Assembly: GCF_964355755.1 (NCBI RefSeq) | Contig: NC_092677.1 | Coordinates: forward strand, 19,676,101 to 19,740,100 | From: Antedon mediterranea | Lineage: Eukaryota; Animalia; Echinodermata | Reading direction: 5' to 3' | DNA: 64,000 bases | Part shown: piece after piece, positions 52,144 through 64,000 of the stretch | Numbering within the stretch: position 1 is the first letter of the stretch | Layout: each line of letters begins with the position of its first letter | The notes under the pieces: generated by a model | Seen by the model: the letters and a program-made list of their open reading frames with translations, nothing else | What the model was told of the DNA's origin: nothing | Databases searched by the model: none | Translations under genes and position numbers: made by a program

Positions 52144-52783
52144 TAATAATGTTGTGGTATTGATTTAGGTTCACTTTAAGTGTGTGAGGCTGAAAATGAT
52201 ATAGAGAAATGGAAATCACAGAAATAATTGAATTTTTATGCTCTTTGTAATATCTAGATTATAAGAGAAAATATACAACCGTTACAAAGTTCCTTGTACT
52301 TCAGTCAGTTTTGCAATTTTGGTAAATCTGCTGGGAGGGGTTCAAGTTGATTCTTAGCTAGAACATATTCCTATTCTTTTGGATTTAAGTTGACACATTT
52401 GTGTAGACATTGTTATCCAAACTACCACTGGAGTGGGGGAATTAATGCGTTGTCACTATAAGTAAGCCCAAAACAGCTTCTTCTTTGATTCTGGGCATGA
52501 TCTTGGTTCGACCACACACTGGCCATCTCAATCTTCCTGTATGTATACGAGGCCCTGTAAATGAGATGCTATAGAACCAGGTGCCCTATAATTTTACCCT
52601 TAATTTGCATATTTCAGCTAACTGGCTTCACCAGAATGGCAAGATGTGTGGTCGATCGTGTGTGTATTTTTGTTTGTTTCTCCATAAGAAGGAATATAAA
52701 CATATATAATCCGAACAATTTAGAAAAAAAATTAACTTAACTAGCAGTTGGCGTTCTATAGTACCCTATATTTTTACCCTTAA

Positions 52784-54372
52784 AGGGTGGTTCCGGGTTT
52801 AAAATGAATAGTAAAAAATGTAAAATATATTTGTTTGTCTCTTAAACGGTAAAAGTTTCAATTTATATAAGCGCCCAGTGAAGCAGAACGAAGGCTGTGA
52901 AATGAGGCCAGATTACAAGTGCAGCTACGGCAAAATCACACTGTGGTTACAGAATAGGAAATTCGTGAAATGGTCAATCTTCCGACGACTCGTTATCATT
53001 AACCATATCAATTACTTTTGTAAAATTATACTTATCTGATGTAATTTTAGTCGATCTTCCCATTTATAAAGTCAATTTTCTATGAAAATTCATCAAAACA
53101 GTGAAAAATTAGATAGGTTTGCACTTTACGTTTGCCGATTTTCGCACTGACTTAGGGAAAGCCTTCAAAATCAATGAAGCGTAACGTATACATTCCTGCT
53201 GAGCGAGACGACGATACACGTGCTCTCTCTGCCCCATGCCTGGCATCGTCACGTGATAAGCAGATACAGTATACAATACCAAACTGGTCGGGTCGAGTAT
53301 ACCCCGTCTATAATCACAACATGAACGATGTACAGTATTTGATTGAAGTTCGACTCGACCTACCGGAATGGTATAGATAATATAGCTCGAATGAGGGAGT
53401 TGGTATATTTGTATAAACATAAGTATTGCTAATTTTAACAAGTGTAGCCTATAGTAAAAGGCCTGGTAGTATCCATTCGCATAGGGTCTACTACACTAGC
53501 TAGCTCAATTTTTAACTGGGCCGGATCGGCTAGGAGGTCTCCTTCCTACTACCGGTCTACTTGCTTGATGCAGTATCCGCTTTTTTGGAGAGTAAACTAG
53601 GCCTATTTTAGGCCTACTTATTAATTAGACGATCGGGACACCATACGTGCGGACGGCGATCGGACCTTGTTTTGCCTCAATATTTACAGCCGATTTTGTA
53701 GAACGTTTTAGGTTTAGATTGTTTAGGAGTTTGGTTGATAGGATGGGTTTGGAATCCACTGAGTTTTGTTATTTATGGGCCAATCGTTTAGTAGTAGGCT
53801 AGCTAGGCCCATGATTCGATGGCCCCAATGTTTTAACGTAGCCATCGTGGCATGGAATCCCTAGTCAGAAATGGCTCTCACCCATGAATAAAATGATTTA
53901 GGCTAGGCCTAGCCTAGTACGTGAAGCCGATATACGATCTGTACTATTCAAGGTATAAAAATAGTATAATTTATGACTCCGTAATCTGTACTAAATTTTG
54001 TATTTCATTAAATGTCAAATAAATATATGCTACACTTTAGGCCCAGCTTAGAAAATCTACAAAAAATGTATTTCACAATGATCGGGTGGTCGTCGTTTGA
54101 CAGGGGAGAGAGAACACAACGTACAAGCTTGACGTCGCGAGTTTGGAATCCACTGATGACGTGATTTTGTGAATATCTCATGAATATTAATGAGCTTCCC
54201 TAAGCTGCTGAAAAACAGACTTTCCATGAATTTACCCTAAAATGTATATGAAATTTAATTTTTTTAATCTCTCGTTATTACTTCTTCATTCTGACATGTC
54301 TATATTGTTATAATATTTTTTATTTAATAAATAAACGATATTTAAAAGCAATTTTAAACCCAGAATCCACCT
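52784..54372. mobile_element. Kolobok-type non-autonomous element (TTAA TSD), 1.6 kb, in NSUN2 intron 9
   Basis: TTAA|agggtggttccgggtttaaaat ... attttaaacccagaatccacct|TTAA. The joined flanks reproduce the empty-site sequence at ~52584-52618. Confidence 0.8.
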
Positions 54373-55363
54373 TTAATTTGCATATTTCAGGTAATTTACA
54401 TATGTTCCCAAGGTGTGACCGACGTGTGATTTGTGAAATTTCATCTCCACATCATGTGTGTTCAATTTGGAAAATAAAGATTTGTTTGCAATTTGTTTGA
54501 CTTTACATTCTATATTGCCTAGACTATACCTGATAATAGAAAAATACCGTATAGTGGCCATTTTGGTTTTATGGACATTAACCTAATTTCTTCAACTACA
54601 TTTTTTCTCCATTTTTGATATGTTGTTCTGATAGGTCTTTGGAGATATTTACCACAAAAATAAATTCTGTTCTAATTTTGTCTAGGTATACCAATTATTT
54701 TTACTACCTTGACTGCACAAGATAGCAATTTTTTTGCCTTTATCTAGTAATTTTACAAAATTTGTAACAATTTCGACTTAAAATCACGTCATACGAGCAT
54801 GTCGAATTAGACAATTTGTGCACGTTTTTTTATGAAAAAGTTTAAAAATTTGTCAAAATTATGTCTTTTTTTAAATATTTCATCACATTTAAAAGAGTTG
54901 CTCATCTATATTCTACGTATCCAAATTTCTTCAACATGTTAATATGTTGTTTTGCTCAGACAATTTTCATCCAAAATTGGTATCTTCGTATTTTATTTTG
55001 ATGCCGTCATGTTAAAAATTAGAATTAAAAGTGGGTCCCATATTTTCACCTATGCTACACAATGTATAGTTTATACTAGGCCTATACACTTTGACACAAA
55101 ATAGAGATCACACTGACAACAATGTTCTTGATCTTCAGATCATAATCGCATATACATTTTTTTTCTGTGCGCGTAGTGAGGATAACTAACTAACGAGTTC
55201 AAGTCTAGTACAGTTTATTATTTATGTTAAGAATAATGGACAAATTTAATTTGTTAATAAGAACTAAGACCAAAGACACTGTCAACTAGCTGTGACTATA
55301 ATATAAAAGATTTCTTATTGGGCCTAATTTTTATTTTCATGTATACTACTTTTTGACATGCAG

Positions 55364-55437
55364 GAAGTATTGAACTAGTGGAAACATCGGCAATGCTTCC
55401 AGAATTACGAAGAATGCCAGGGATTAGTTCATGGAAG
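55364..55437 (+). CDS. NSUN2: NSUN2 coding exon 10
   Basis: AG|GSIELVETSAMLPELRRMPGISSWK|gtaaat (cf. [23 protein letters not shown]). Confidence 0.92.
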
Positions 55438-56209
55438 GTAAATATATAATCAGTTTAGTGGAGGCTACATGTTATTAAAATGGAGCTCCACTCAGACTTT
55501 CTCAGCCTAATTCTCAGATGTAATTGAAACATTAAAATAATTTGCAACCAACCAAAAATGCTCAGCCTGTGCCTCCTTGCTCAAAACAATGATAAAATTC
55601 ATCAGTGATATCGAGAAGTGTGGCGCCATGAGGATTGTTTGCTAAAATAATGTTTGAATTTAAATAAAAAAGCTTACGACAGTTCTTAGGTACAATTTTT
55701 TTTTAAATGTATAGCGTACTTGACGAATCCTTTGTCCATTAAATCATATAATAAGTTGTAAGGTGTCCATTATTCTACGTCGTACGTAGGCCTAGTTTGT
55801 GGTAGCAAATGCCAAAAATACCATCGCCATGTTCGAGCTTGCACTGCAGAAATCTGGTTTCCCGAAAACAACTTTTTACAGACATCATATTCTCACTGAA
55901 AATGCTCGAATTGCCGGACCAATCACTTCCCGTTATCACTGACTTGTAATTCACAGTGTAACGCTCCATGGCAACAAGCTATTGTATGTTATTGAATTTA
56001 TTGAATCCTGAATCAGTGACGATGTTAAAGTTAATATTGCAGTGTTTCGTAATATTTGGAGCTTTTTAACTACCCAGTCCGGTTTTCAGAAGTTACTTTC
56101 CGTGTTTTGGACATCATCATTTTTCTGGAATTGGGTATCCCGGTTTTTATAATAAATTACAATACATTAAGAATACATAAAAAGTCTGGTTTGTGGAGAG
56201 TTGACTGTA

Positions 56210-59200
56210 TTTATTATTATTATTATATCAAAATTTATAAAGCGTCAATTCAAAGACCGAGGTACAAAATCAAAGGCGCTGGGCATGTTAGTAGTCGAAA
56301 AAATGAGTTTTGAGCAATTTTTTATATAAGGCAACAGAAGAGCAGTGTTTAATTTGTGGGGGGGGGGGGAGTGAATTCCAGAGTGTGGGTGGAGTGAATT
56401 CCAGAGTGTGGGTGCAGCAAAAGAAAACGATCTATGACCAAAGGTTTTAGTGGCTATGCGTGGAACAGATAGTAAAAAATCATCAGATGATCTAAGAGTC
56501 CGTCCAGGAACATAGAAGGTGATTAATTGACGGATGTAAGCAGGTTGGTTGAAAAGAAGTGCTTTAAAAGTAAGGAGCAAGATTTTAAATTTGATTCGAT
56601 TGTCAATGGGGAGCCAGTAACAGGTGAAATGTGAGAGCGACGGTTAGTGAACGTAATGATACGAGCAGCCGAGTTCTGTAGTCGTTGAAGACGATTAATT
56701 TGAAAATTCGGAAGGGCATATAACAGAGAATTGCAATAATCAAGACGAGAGGAGATAAAACCATGAATGATAGAGGATCAGGGGTGGCGCCAGGATCTTC
56801 CCGTCGCGGGGGCTACATTCCCCGCCAAGGGCCCCCGGTGGGGGTCCAGGGGGCGAAGCCCCCTTGAAGCAACGCGTTCTAGCGTCATTTGAGGTCATTT
56901 TAATCAGATTTAGGGTAGCCATTTTTTCTATTTTTTTATAATGCATAAATAAAATACTGCGTGCAAAAAAACGATGCGCGATGACTGTTTCAATCCATAT
57001 TTTTCAATTTAAAAAATAAAAGTTCAAAGAAAATTTAGAAAAATAGAGTTGGAGGTCCCGGAAATTGGACTTATTATACTTCAAAACATGAAACAAAATA
57101 TATAAGTCCCTATCAAGGTTGTGACTGAGCTAAGAAATGTTTGAAAAATAGAGATGTTAGGTCCCGGAAAATGCACTTCTTGTACTTCGAAATATGACCA
57201 GCTTTATTGTTGGGGCTGAGCTAAGAAACTGTTTAAAACTAGAGCTGCAGGTCTTCAAAAAATTGCATTTTATACTTCGGAAACATCAGGCCTAGAGGCT
57301 TAAAAAACGCAAGCGTAGACCTTTTTCAGTCGGGGAAATAAGTTTATTCCTCCCAAGTGTATGCGTGCGTACCATCTGGACTTCCGAGTGGTGAGAAATT
57401 CATGACATTACAAGACATTGAAAATGTAATAACTTAGCTATAATAAGATGTTGGCTAAGCGAAAATGGCATGTTTTTTTGTTTAGTAATGGATGAAAAAT
57501 TTATTTTAGGTGCCCCATGGTACAGAAGGTTACTTGTAAATTAAAAAATTGGTGAACATACGAACAATTAACATAATTTGTTTTTGCTGTAGTGTAGCGT
57601 ACGTCGACGCAGTACACGATGTAACCGTCAGTAAACTTCGGCTGGAAAATAACTACAGTACACATTTTGGTCCCTGGATGGAACATGATATCACGCGTCT
57701 CGACCCAACGTTGAACGATTCGTACAAAGGGATACCGCCAGACAAGTGCGAACCTAGCTATTGTTTAGTAGTAAGTTAGATCGCTGGCAATAATGAATGC
57801 ATATAAAGTGCATAATATCACTCTGACGTACTCTCACGGTCAATGAAACGTCGCGGTTTTCTAGGCGCTGAAGCTAGCTACGAAGTAAACGCGAACGCTT
57901 TTTACTGTATATTATATTCCCCGACAAAAAGTACCCGTGTTCCCTTCGGTAACCGTCGGTAAACTTCGCCTGGAAAATAACTACAGTACACATTTTGGTC
58001 CCTGGATGGAACATGATATCACGCGTCTCGACCCAACGTTGAACGATTCGTACAAAGGGATACCGCCAGACAAGTGCGAACCTAGCTATTGTTTAGTAGT
58101 AAGTTAGATCGCTGGCAATAATGAATGCATATAAAGTGCATAATATCACTCTGACGTACTCTCACGGTCAATGAAACGTCGCGGTTTTCTAGGCGCTGAA
58201 GCTAGCTACGAAGTAAACGCGAACGCTTTTTACTGTATTCCCCGACAAAAAGTACCCGTGTTCCCTTCGGTAACCGTCGGTAAACTTTGCCTGGAAAATA
58301 ACTACATTACACATTTTGGTCCCTGGATGGAACTTGATATCACGCGTCTCGACCCAACGTTGAACGATTCGTACAAAGGGATACCGCCAGACAAGTGCGC
58401 TAGCTAATGTTTAGTAGTAAGTTAGATCGCTGGCAATAAATGAATGCATAAAAGTGCATAATAGCCCTCTGACGTACTCTCAAGGTCAATGGAACGTCGT
58501 GGTTTTCTAGGCGCTGAACAAGCTATATGAAGTGAACGCGAACGTTTTTTACTGTATATTATATTCCCCGACAAAAAGTACCCGTGTTCCCCGACGGGGG
58601 GGGCTAGGCTCCCCGACGAGGGGGCTAGAGCCCCCGTAGCCCCCCGCTGGCGCCACCACTGTAGAGGATGTGGAGCGTATCGAAAGAAAACGTCGAATGT
58701 GTGCAATATTGCGAAGATAAAAGTTTACTGATTTAGTAATATAACTGATGTGTGCTTGCATGTTTAGGGATTCGTCAAGTTTTATACCAAGATTAGTAAC
58801 TAATTGAGACGGATGTATGAGTGATGAGCCAATAGTAATAAAATGGGGTGCTATTTTGGTACGAATATGATTAGTACAGAAAATGATGTATTCAGATTTA
58901 TTATCATTTAATTTGAGGAGATTGGTTGAAAGCCAGGTATGGATGTCTTTAAGGCAATTCTCAAGGCGTCAATAACAATAAGTAGATTATGTGGATCAAA
59001 AGGAATATACAACTGAATATCATCAGCGTAGAAATGATAAGAGATGTTGTGACGTTTGATAATTTGGGATAAAGGAGATATGTATAAAGAGAAAAGAATC
59101 GGGTCCTTGAGGGACTCCGCATTCCATATATTTAGGCGACGATCTAACACCATTTATTTCAATGAATTGTGTACGGTTTTGAAGATATGAAATAAACCAG

Positions 59201-59720
59201 TTCAAAACAAAGCCAGAAATGCCAAAATAAGAATGAAGACGATCAAGAAGTATTTGGTGGTCAACTGTATCGAAGGCAGCAGATAGGTCAAGCATTACAA
59301 GTGCAACTGCTTGCTTACTGTCCATAGCAACTGTTACGTCATTTAGTATCATGAGAAGAGCTGTTTCAGTACCGTGACCCTCTTTATATGCCGATTGGAA
59401 TGGGTCTAACAAATTAAAATTAATAAGGTATGACATTAACTGTGTGGAGACAACTTTCTCAATTAATTTGGCATGGAAAGGTAAATTTGAGATAGGTCTA
59501 AAATTTTGGAATTTTTCCGGGTCAAGTGATGGTTTTTTCAAGATGGGAATGACACCAGCCGATTTTAGCTGGTTGGGAAAAAAACCAGTGGACAAGGACA
59601 AATTAATAAGGGAAGAAAGTATGGTGGCAAAAGCCTCTTTACAAGTCTTCAGAAGTGGAGTGGGAATGGGGTAAAGAGAGCAAGACGCCGAAGATGAGGA
59701 GGAAATGAGCTTAGCAATTT
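56210..59720 (-). mobile_element. L2/CR1-group LINE (RT to 3' end, frameshifted), split by a hAT MITE
   Basis: RT motifs NFRPISNLPF, LDLSAAFDTVDH, CGVPQG and FYADDIQLY (58660-59720), and the C-terminus RTLRSS...FGHRSFSFAAPTLWNSL (56245-56778). (ATA)n tail near 56212-56226. Confidence 0.88.
56779..58661. mobile_element. hAT-superfamily non-autonomous element with an 8-bp TSD and three internal ~325-bp tandem repeats
   Basis: TSD tagaggat (56771-56778 / 58662-58669). TIRs CAGGGGTGGCGCCAG / CTGGCGCCACCACTG. Repeats start at ~57621, 57949 and 58270. Confidence 0.92.
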
Positions 59721-61796
59721 ATTTATAATGAAAAATAGTTTGTGAAAAGCACCTCTATTCGGTGCAAATTGTTTAAGCTAAAATCGCTTTAATTGTTTAA
59801 ATTTTGCTATCTGACGTTTTCAAGGCTTATTTAGGGATTGTTTTTTTATCGATGACCATCAGAATCTCACACACAAAAAGAACAGCTTTAGTGAATGCAG
59901 CTATACAAAATATGTAAACTAACATACTGTAATGCCTAGATAAGACCGCATGTATTTTTTGTCAAGAGGATCACAAAACTCTGAATAAATAAGACAATGA
60001 CGAGTACAATGAAATTTGTAGATATTGTTTATTGCTCTGAAAAAAACACCATGGCCATTCCCAATGAGATACATCATATAGATATTTTCCCCCGAACAAA
60101 TAATTAGGCCTACAAAACTACAGTAAGCCTAGCTAGGCTAGGCCTAAAGGCCGTCCACGAGAGGACATTCACCACGAGCTACTTAGGTAGTGCATTGTTT
60201 CTCTCTTTTTATCATAATTTACCGTAAAACCAAGGAATGAGGAGGGGAGAGAGAGAGATGCACGCCCGGCTTGATCGGAAAAACCTACCCCGTCCTCGTT
60301 CAGCTGCTGCACACCAAACACATGGAGCTGGAAGCTTGTATGAATTATTGTTCTGCTCCTCTTTAACCTCGAGTTCAACACTTTTTCCAGCAGCCCAGTT
60401 TGGATTTTTCAATCAACCGATTCTGAATATTTACAAAATATCTGTGTCTTTCCTTCAGAAGGAGGAGTGCCATGATTATAGCTGCTATCAAGACTCGTAT
60501 CACGATGAAGAGGGTATGAAGAAAGGCCACTAATAACCACGAGTAAAGCAACCAAAGAGACCAAAGAAAATATCGAAACGTGCAATTAATTTCACCTTCC
60601 ATATAATAAAACTGCGCGTCACCACCTCCTCCTCCTCTCTGACGATCTTCTCTCGTCGTCTCCATGTTCGCGATATACTTTTTTTGTGAATAAAGTTTTG
60701 TGGTATTCAAACGTTGAGAGCGCTCTACTCCATGTTGATCACACGTTCATTTAATATTCAGCGACCGTTTAAGATAACTTCACTAAACTAGGCCCGGGGG
60801 CCTGAATGATAAACGATCCATCGGGTTGCAGACAAATAAAAATAGTCATTTAATTTTATTTTAAAAAGATAAATTTTAGGGGAGGCTAAAGCCTGTTTAT
60901 CCCCCGCCTAAATCCTCGCCTGTTAACCTAAATTTGCTGTAATTGTCAATAAATATTTATCTAATTCAACTTAGTACAATTTAGTATGGAGGATGAACCC
61001 ATGTTAAAACAGTTACGAGCAATTCACTGAAATTTGTCCTTAATACGAATTAAATACATGTGAATATAACTTTTTGTCTTATAAAAACCTACGTCCTTGC
61101 GTAAATGTACGTACGCTCTTAAGATGGCTCTCCTATACAGGAAATTTGGCATAAATAATTTGAAATTGTCAACATGTACACAGACCAAATAAATACAAAC
61201 ACCATGTAATTCTGTAGCCAAATATAATTGTCATCATGAGAATTTTAAAATAAAAAATAAACACTCTAACCCTAAATAAAGTTACATCTGATGTAGTAGG
61301 CACAGAATGCCTAGCGATTGCTATTAAAAATGCATATTGTTTCCATTTCATTTATTTTCCCAGCAAACTTAATTAAAATCAATATACTCAATATGTTATA
61401 ATAAATAATTTGATATTCGTAAAAAGTACTTTTAAATATGGTCTTACGAACTACAATACCAACACCGCTAAATAATCAAAATACATACATTGAATAATTC
61501 AATTACTTGTCCCCATTACGATGTTTTCTGTGCAACATCCCTATCACTAGGGCTAAGCTGTTGAAAGTGAGGCGTAAAACTTCCTTTATTGCGACTTTTA
61601 ATTATCGACCAAATAAATGAATGGCAATTTGGGTAGAAAGGATGAATTTCAACACGACCACCCAACAAGTATTATTAGTATACTAAAAATACGGTATAAA
61701 ATACCGTAGTTTATACCATATTTTGAGCAGTTGCAGCCCAGTGGTTGACATGATTTCATGTGTGATCTTGTACAAATTGGCTGGAAAATATTGATA

Positions 61797-62750
61797 GAAG
61801 TTGGTCCAGTTCAGTGAGGTGATGTTAGGAAGTTGGTCCAGTTCAGTGAGGTGATGTTAGGAAGTTGGTCCAGTTCAGTGAGGTGATGTTAGAAAGTTGG
61901 TCCAGTTCAGTGAGGTGATGTTAGGAAGTTGGTCCAGTTCAGTGAGGTGATACTAAGAACTTGGTCCAGTTCAGTGAGGTGATATTAGGAAGTTGTCTAG
62001 TTCAGTGAGATGGTATTAGGAAGTTGGTACAGTTCAGTGAGGTGATATTAGGAAGTTGGTCCAGTTCAGTGAGGTGATGTTAGGAAGTTGGTCCAGTTCA
62101 GTGAGGTGATATTATGAAGTTGGTCCAGTTCAGTGAGGTGATATTAGGAAGTTAGTCCAGTTCAGTGAGGTGATGTTAGGAAGTTGGTCCAGTTCAGTGA
62201 GGTGATGTTAGGAAGTTGGTCCAGTTCAGTGAGGTGATGTTAGGAAGTTGGTCCAGTTCAGTGAGGTGATATTAGGAAGTTAGTCCAGTGAAGGTGATGT
62301 TAGGAAGTTGGTCCAGTTCAGTGAAGGTGATATTAGGAAGTTGGTCCAGTTCAGTGAGGTGATGTTAGGAAGTTGGTCCAGTTCAGTGAGGTGATAATAG
62401 GAAGTTGGTCCAGTTCAGTGAGGTGATAATAGGAAGTTGGTCCAGTTCAGTGAGGTGATATTAGGAAGTTGGTCCAGTTCAGTGAGGTGATATTAGGAAG
62501 TTGGTCCAGTACAGTGAGGTGATGTTAGGAAGTTGGTCCAGTTCAGTGAGGTGATGTTAGAAAGTTGGTCCAGTTCAGTGAGGTGATGTTAGGAAGTTGG
62601 TCCAGTTCAGTGAGGTGATATTAGGAACTTGGTCCAGTTCAGTGAGGCGATATTAGGAACTTGGTCCAGTTGAGTGAGGTGATGTTAGGAAGTTGGTCCA
62701 GTTCAGTGAGGTGATGTTAGGAAGTTGGTCCAGTTCAGTGAGGTGATGTT
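61797..62750. repeat. 32-bp minisatellite (gaagttggtccagttcagtgaggtgatgttag), ~30 copies, in NSUN2 intron 10
   Basis: Head-to-tail units with point variants and no unique spacers. Confidence 0.97.
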
Positions 62751-63081
62751 TTGTAATAATGTGACAACACAATGTTTATTTTCACTAATTTACAATGTGG
62801 CCCTTGGCTGGTCATGGCTATCAGTAATTGGATTTTCATCTCTTTTGTCATAGTTCAGCAGCTACCAAAAAATGAATATATACGTATAAATAGCATGCTT
62901 TCTTCACACACGTACCCTCTAGTGAGTGCTCACAGTTTATATATCATGTCATAGGAAACATACATCCAATTTTGTCCACATACGTCATCATACATGTTAC
63001 ATGTGTTAACGAGTAATAAGTTTATTTATTATACACCAGGAAAATCAATTTAATTGTTACATGTACTGTATTTAATTGTAG

Positions 63082-63197
63082 GTTCTTGTTGATGGGAAGG
63101 AAATACATACACTTAATGAGGTGCCTGAAAATGAGACTCGTTATCGTACTACTATGTGGCCTCCTGAGAATGTTGATAAACTGAATCTTCAAAGATG
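63082..63197 (+). CDS. NSUN2: NSUN2 coding exon 11 (gene continues past the window)
   Basis: AG|VLVDGKEIHTLNEVPENETRYRTTMWPPENVDKLNLQR(C)|gtatgg (cf. IRPTMFPP...MHLERC). Confidence 0.88.
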
Positions 63198-64000
63198 GTA
63201 TGGTATATGGTATCAAAATACCCATTCCCAAACTGCATTTTAATTAAATTTAAGTACTATATTGGCCTATTGTAATACTTTTCTTCATTTATTTAAACGG
63301 TAAAAATGTGAAATATAAGTTATTTGTAGTGATTTTAGCAACCTGCTATAAATCGTAGAATGTATCGCGCGCGGACTGATATATTCATTTTTTTCTGTGA
63401 TGCGCCCACTTTTGATCGATTGTGAAGGTGAAACAAATGGAAGAACCGGGTCCTTCCCAATTTGTATTTGTATTATTCTGCTAAAAAGGAAAAGACAATT
63501 AATACAGCAACTAGATAACGCCAAGCTAAGCCTAAATATAGCCTACAAATGTTCATACATTACCTACAAAACTAAGCCTTGCTAAGCTACTTAGGGACTG
63601 TATTGTTTTTCTCTTTTTTTTGTAATTAACCATAAAACATACATTTAAGATGTTGTCTAATGTTTTTAAAGTAATATAATATGCATTATATTTACAAATC
63701 TTAAAAATTGTAGGGAATGGAGCTTTAAGAAATTTTAGCAAATTGCTCTTTATACTGGGTAACTCTATAGGTAATTGTGAATTAACTGGTAATATCGTAA
63801 ATAAAAAAATGTACCTATGTGTAGTATAATAATGTGCACATTGTGATCGTTCAATTGATATGTGCTGTATGTATCACAGATTAATTATTACTGAACTGCA
63901 ATGACGTTAAGTCTAAAAATTGTAAACAAAGATGATTTCACTATTTTTTGTATGCAAAACGTTAAGTTAATTTATTTTCTGTAAGTGCATTATTTTTGTT

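Noticed and set aside
61797-62750. 32-bp repeat array as a CRISPR array
   Set aside because: The units are contiguous with no unique spacers, there are no cas genes and the context is a eukaryotic intron. It is a minisatellite.

Overview
AT-rich eukaryotic DNA with spliceosomal GT-AG introns, probably from a marine invertebrate (the Deu/Nin-type SINE core is compatible with a deuterostome such as an echinoderm; this is inference). It is not prokaryotic and has no CRISPR array. Three host genes can be reconstructed by hand: a 3-exon TMEM170 (+), an intronless PLAC8/cornifelin-family gene (-), and the first 11 coding exons of the tRNA m5C methyltransferase NSUN2 (+, running off the right edge). 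There may also be a terminal exon of an unknown minus-strand gene at the left edge. Most of the remainder is a dense, nested transposon landscape. It includes RTE, Rex1/Babar and L2/CR1-type LINEs, a Sola2-like DNA transposon with ~510-bp TIRs interrupted by a tRNA-derived SINE, Kolobok-, hAT- and Tc1/mariner-type MITEs, Helentron-associated (HINE/DINE-1-like) elements, kilobase foldback elements and minisatellites. The most unusual items are a full-length 5S-rRNA-headed retroposon with a compensated terminal helix and two copies of a Penelope-type minimal hammerhead ribozyme. All family assignments come from recognition by eye, with no database search.
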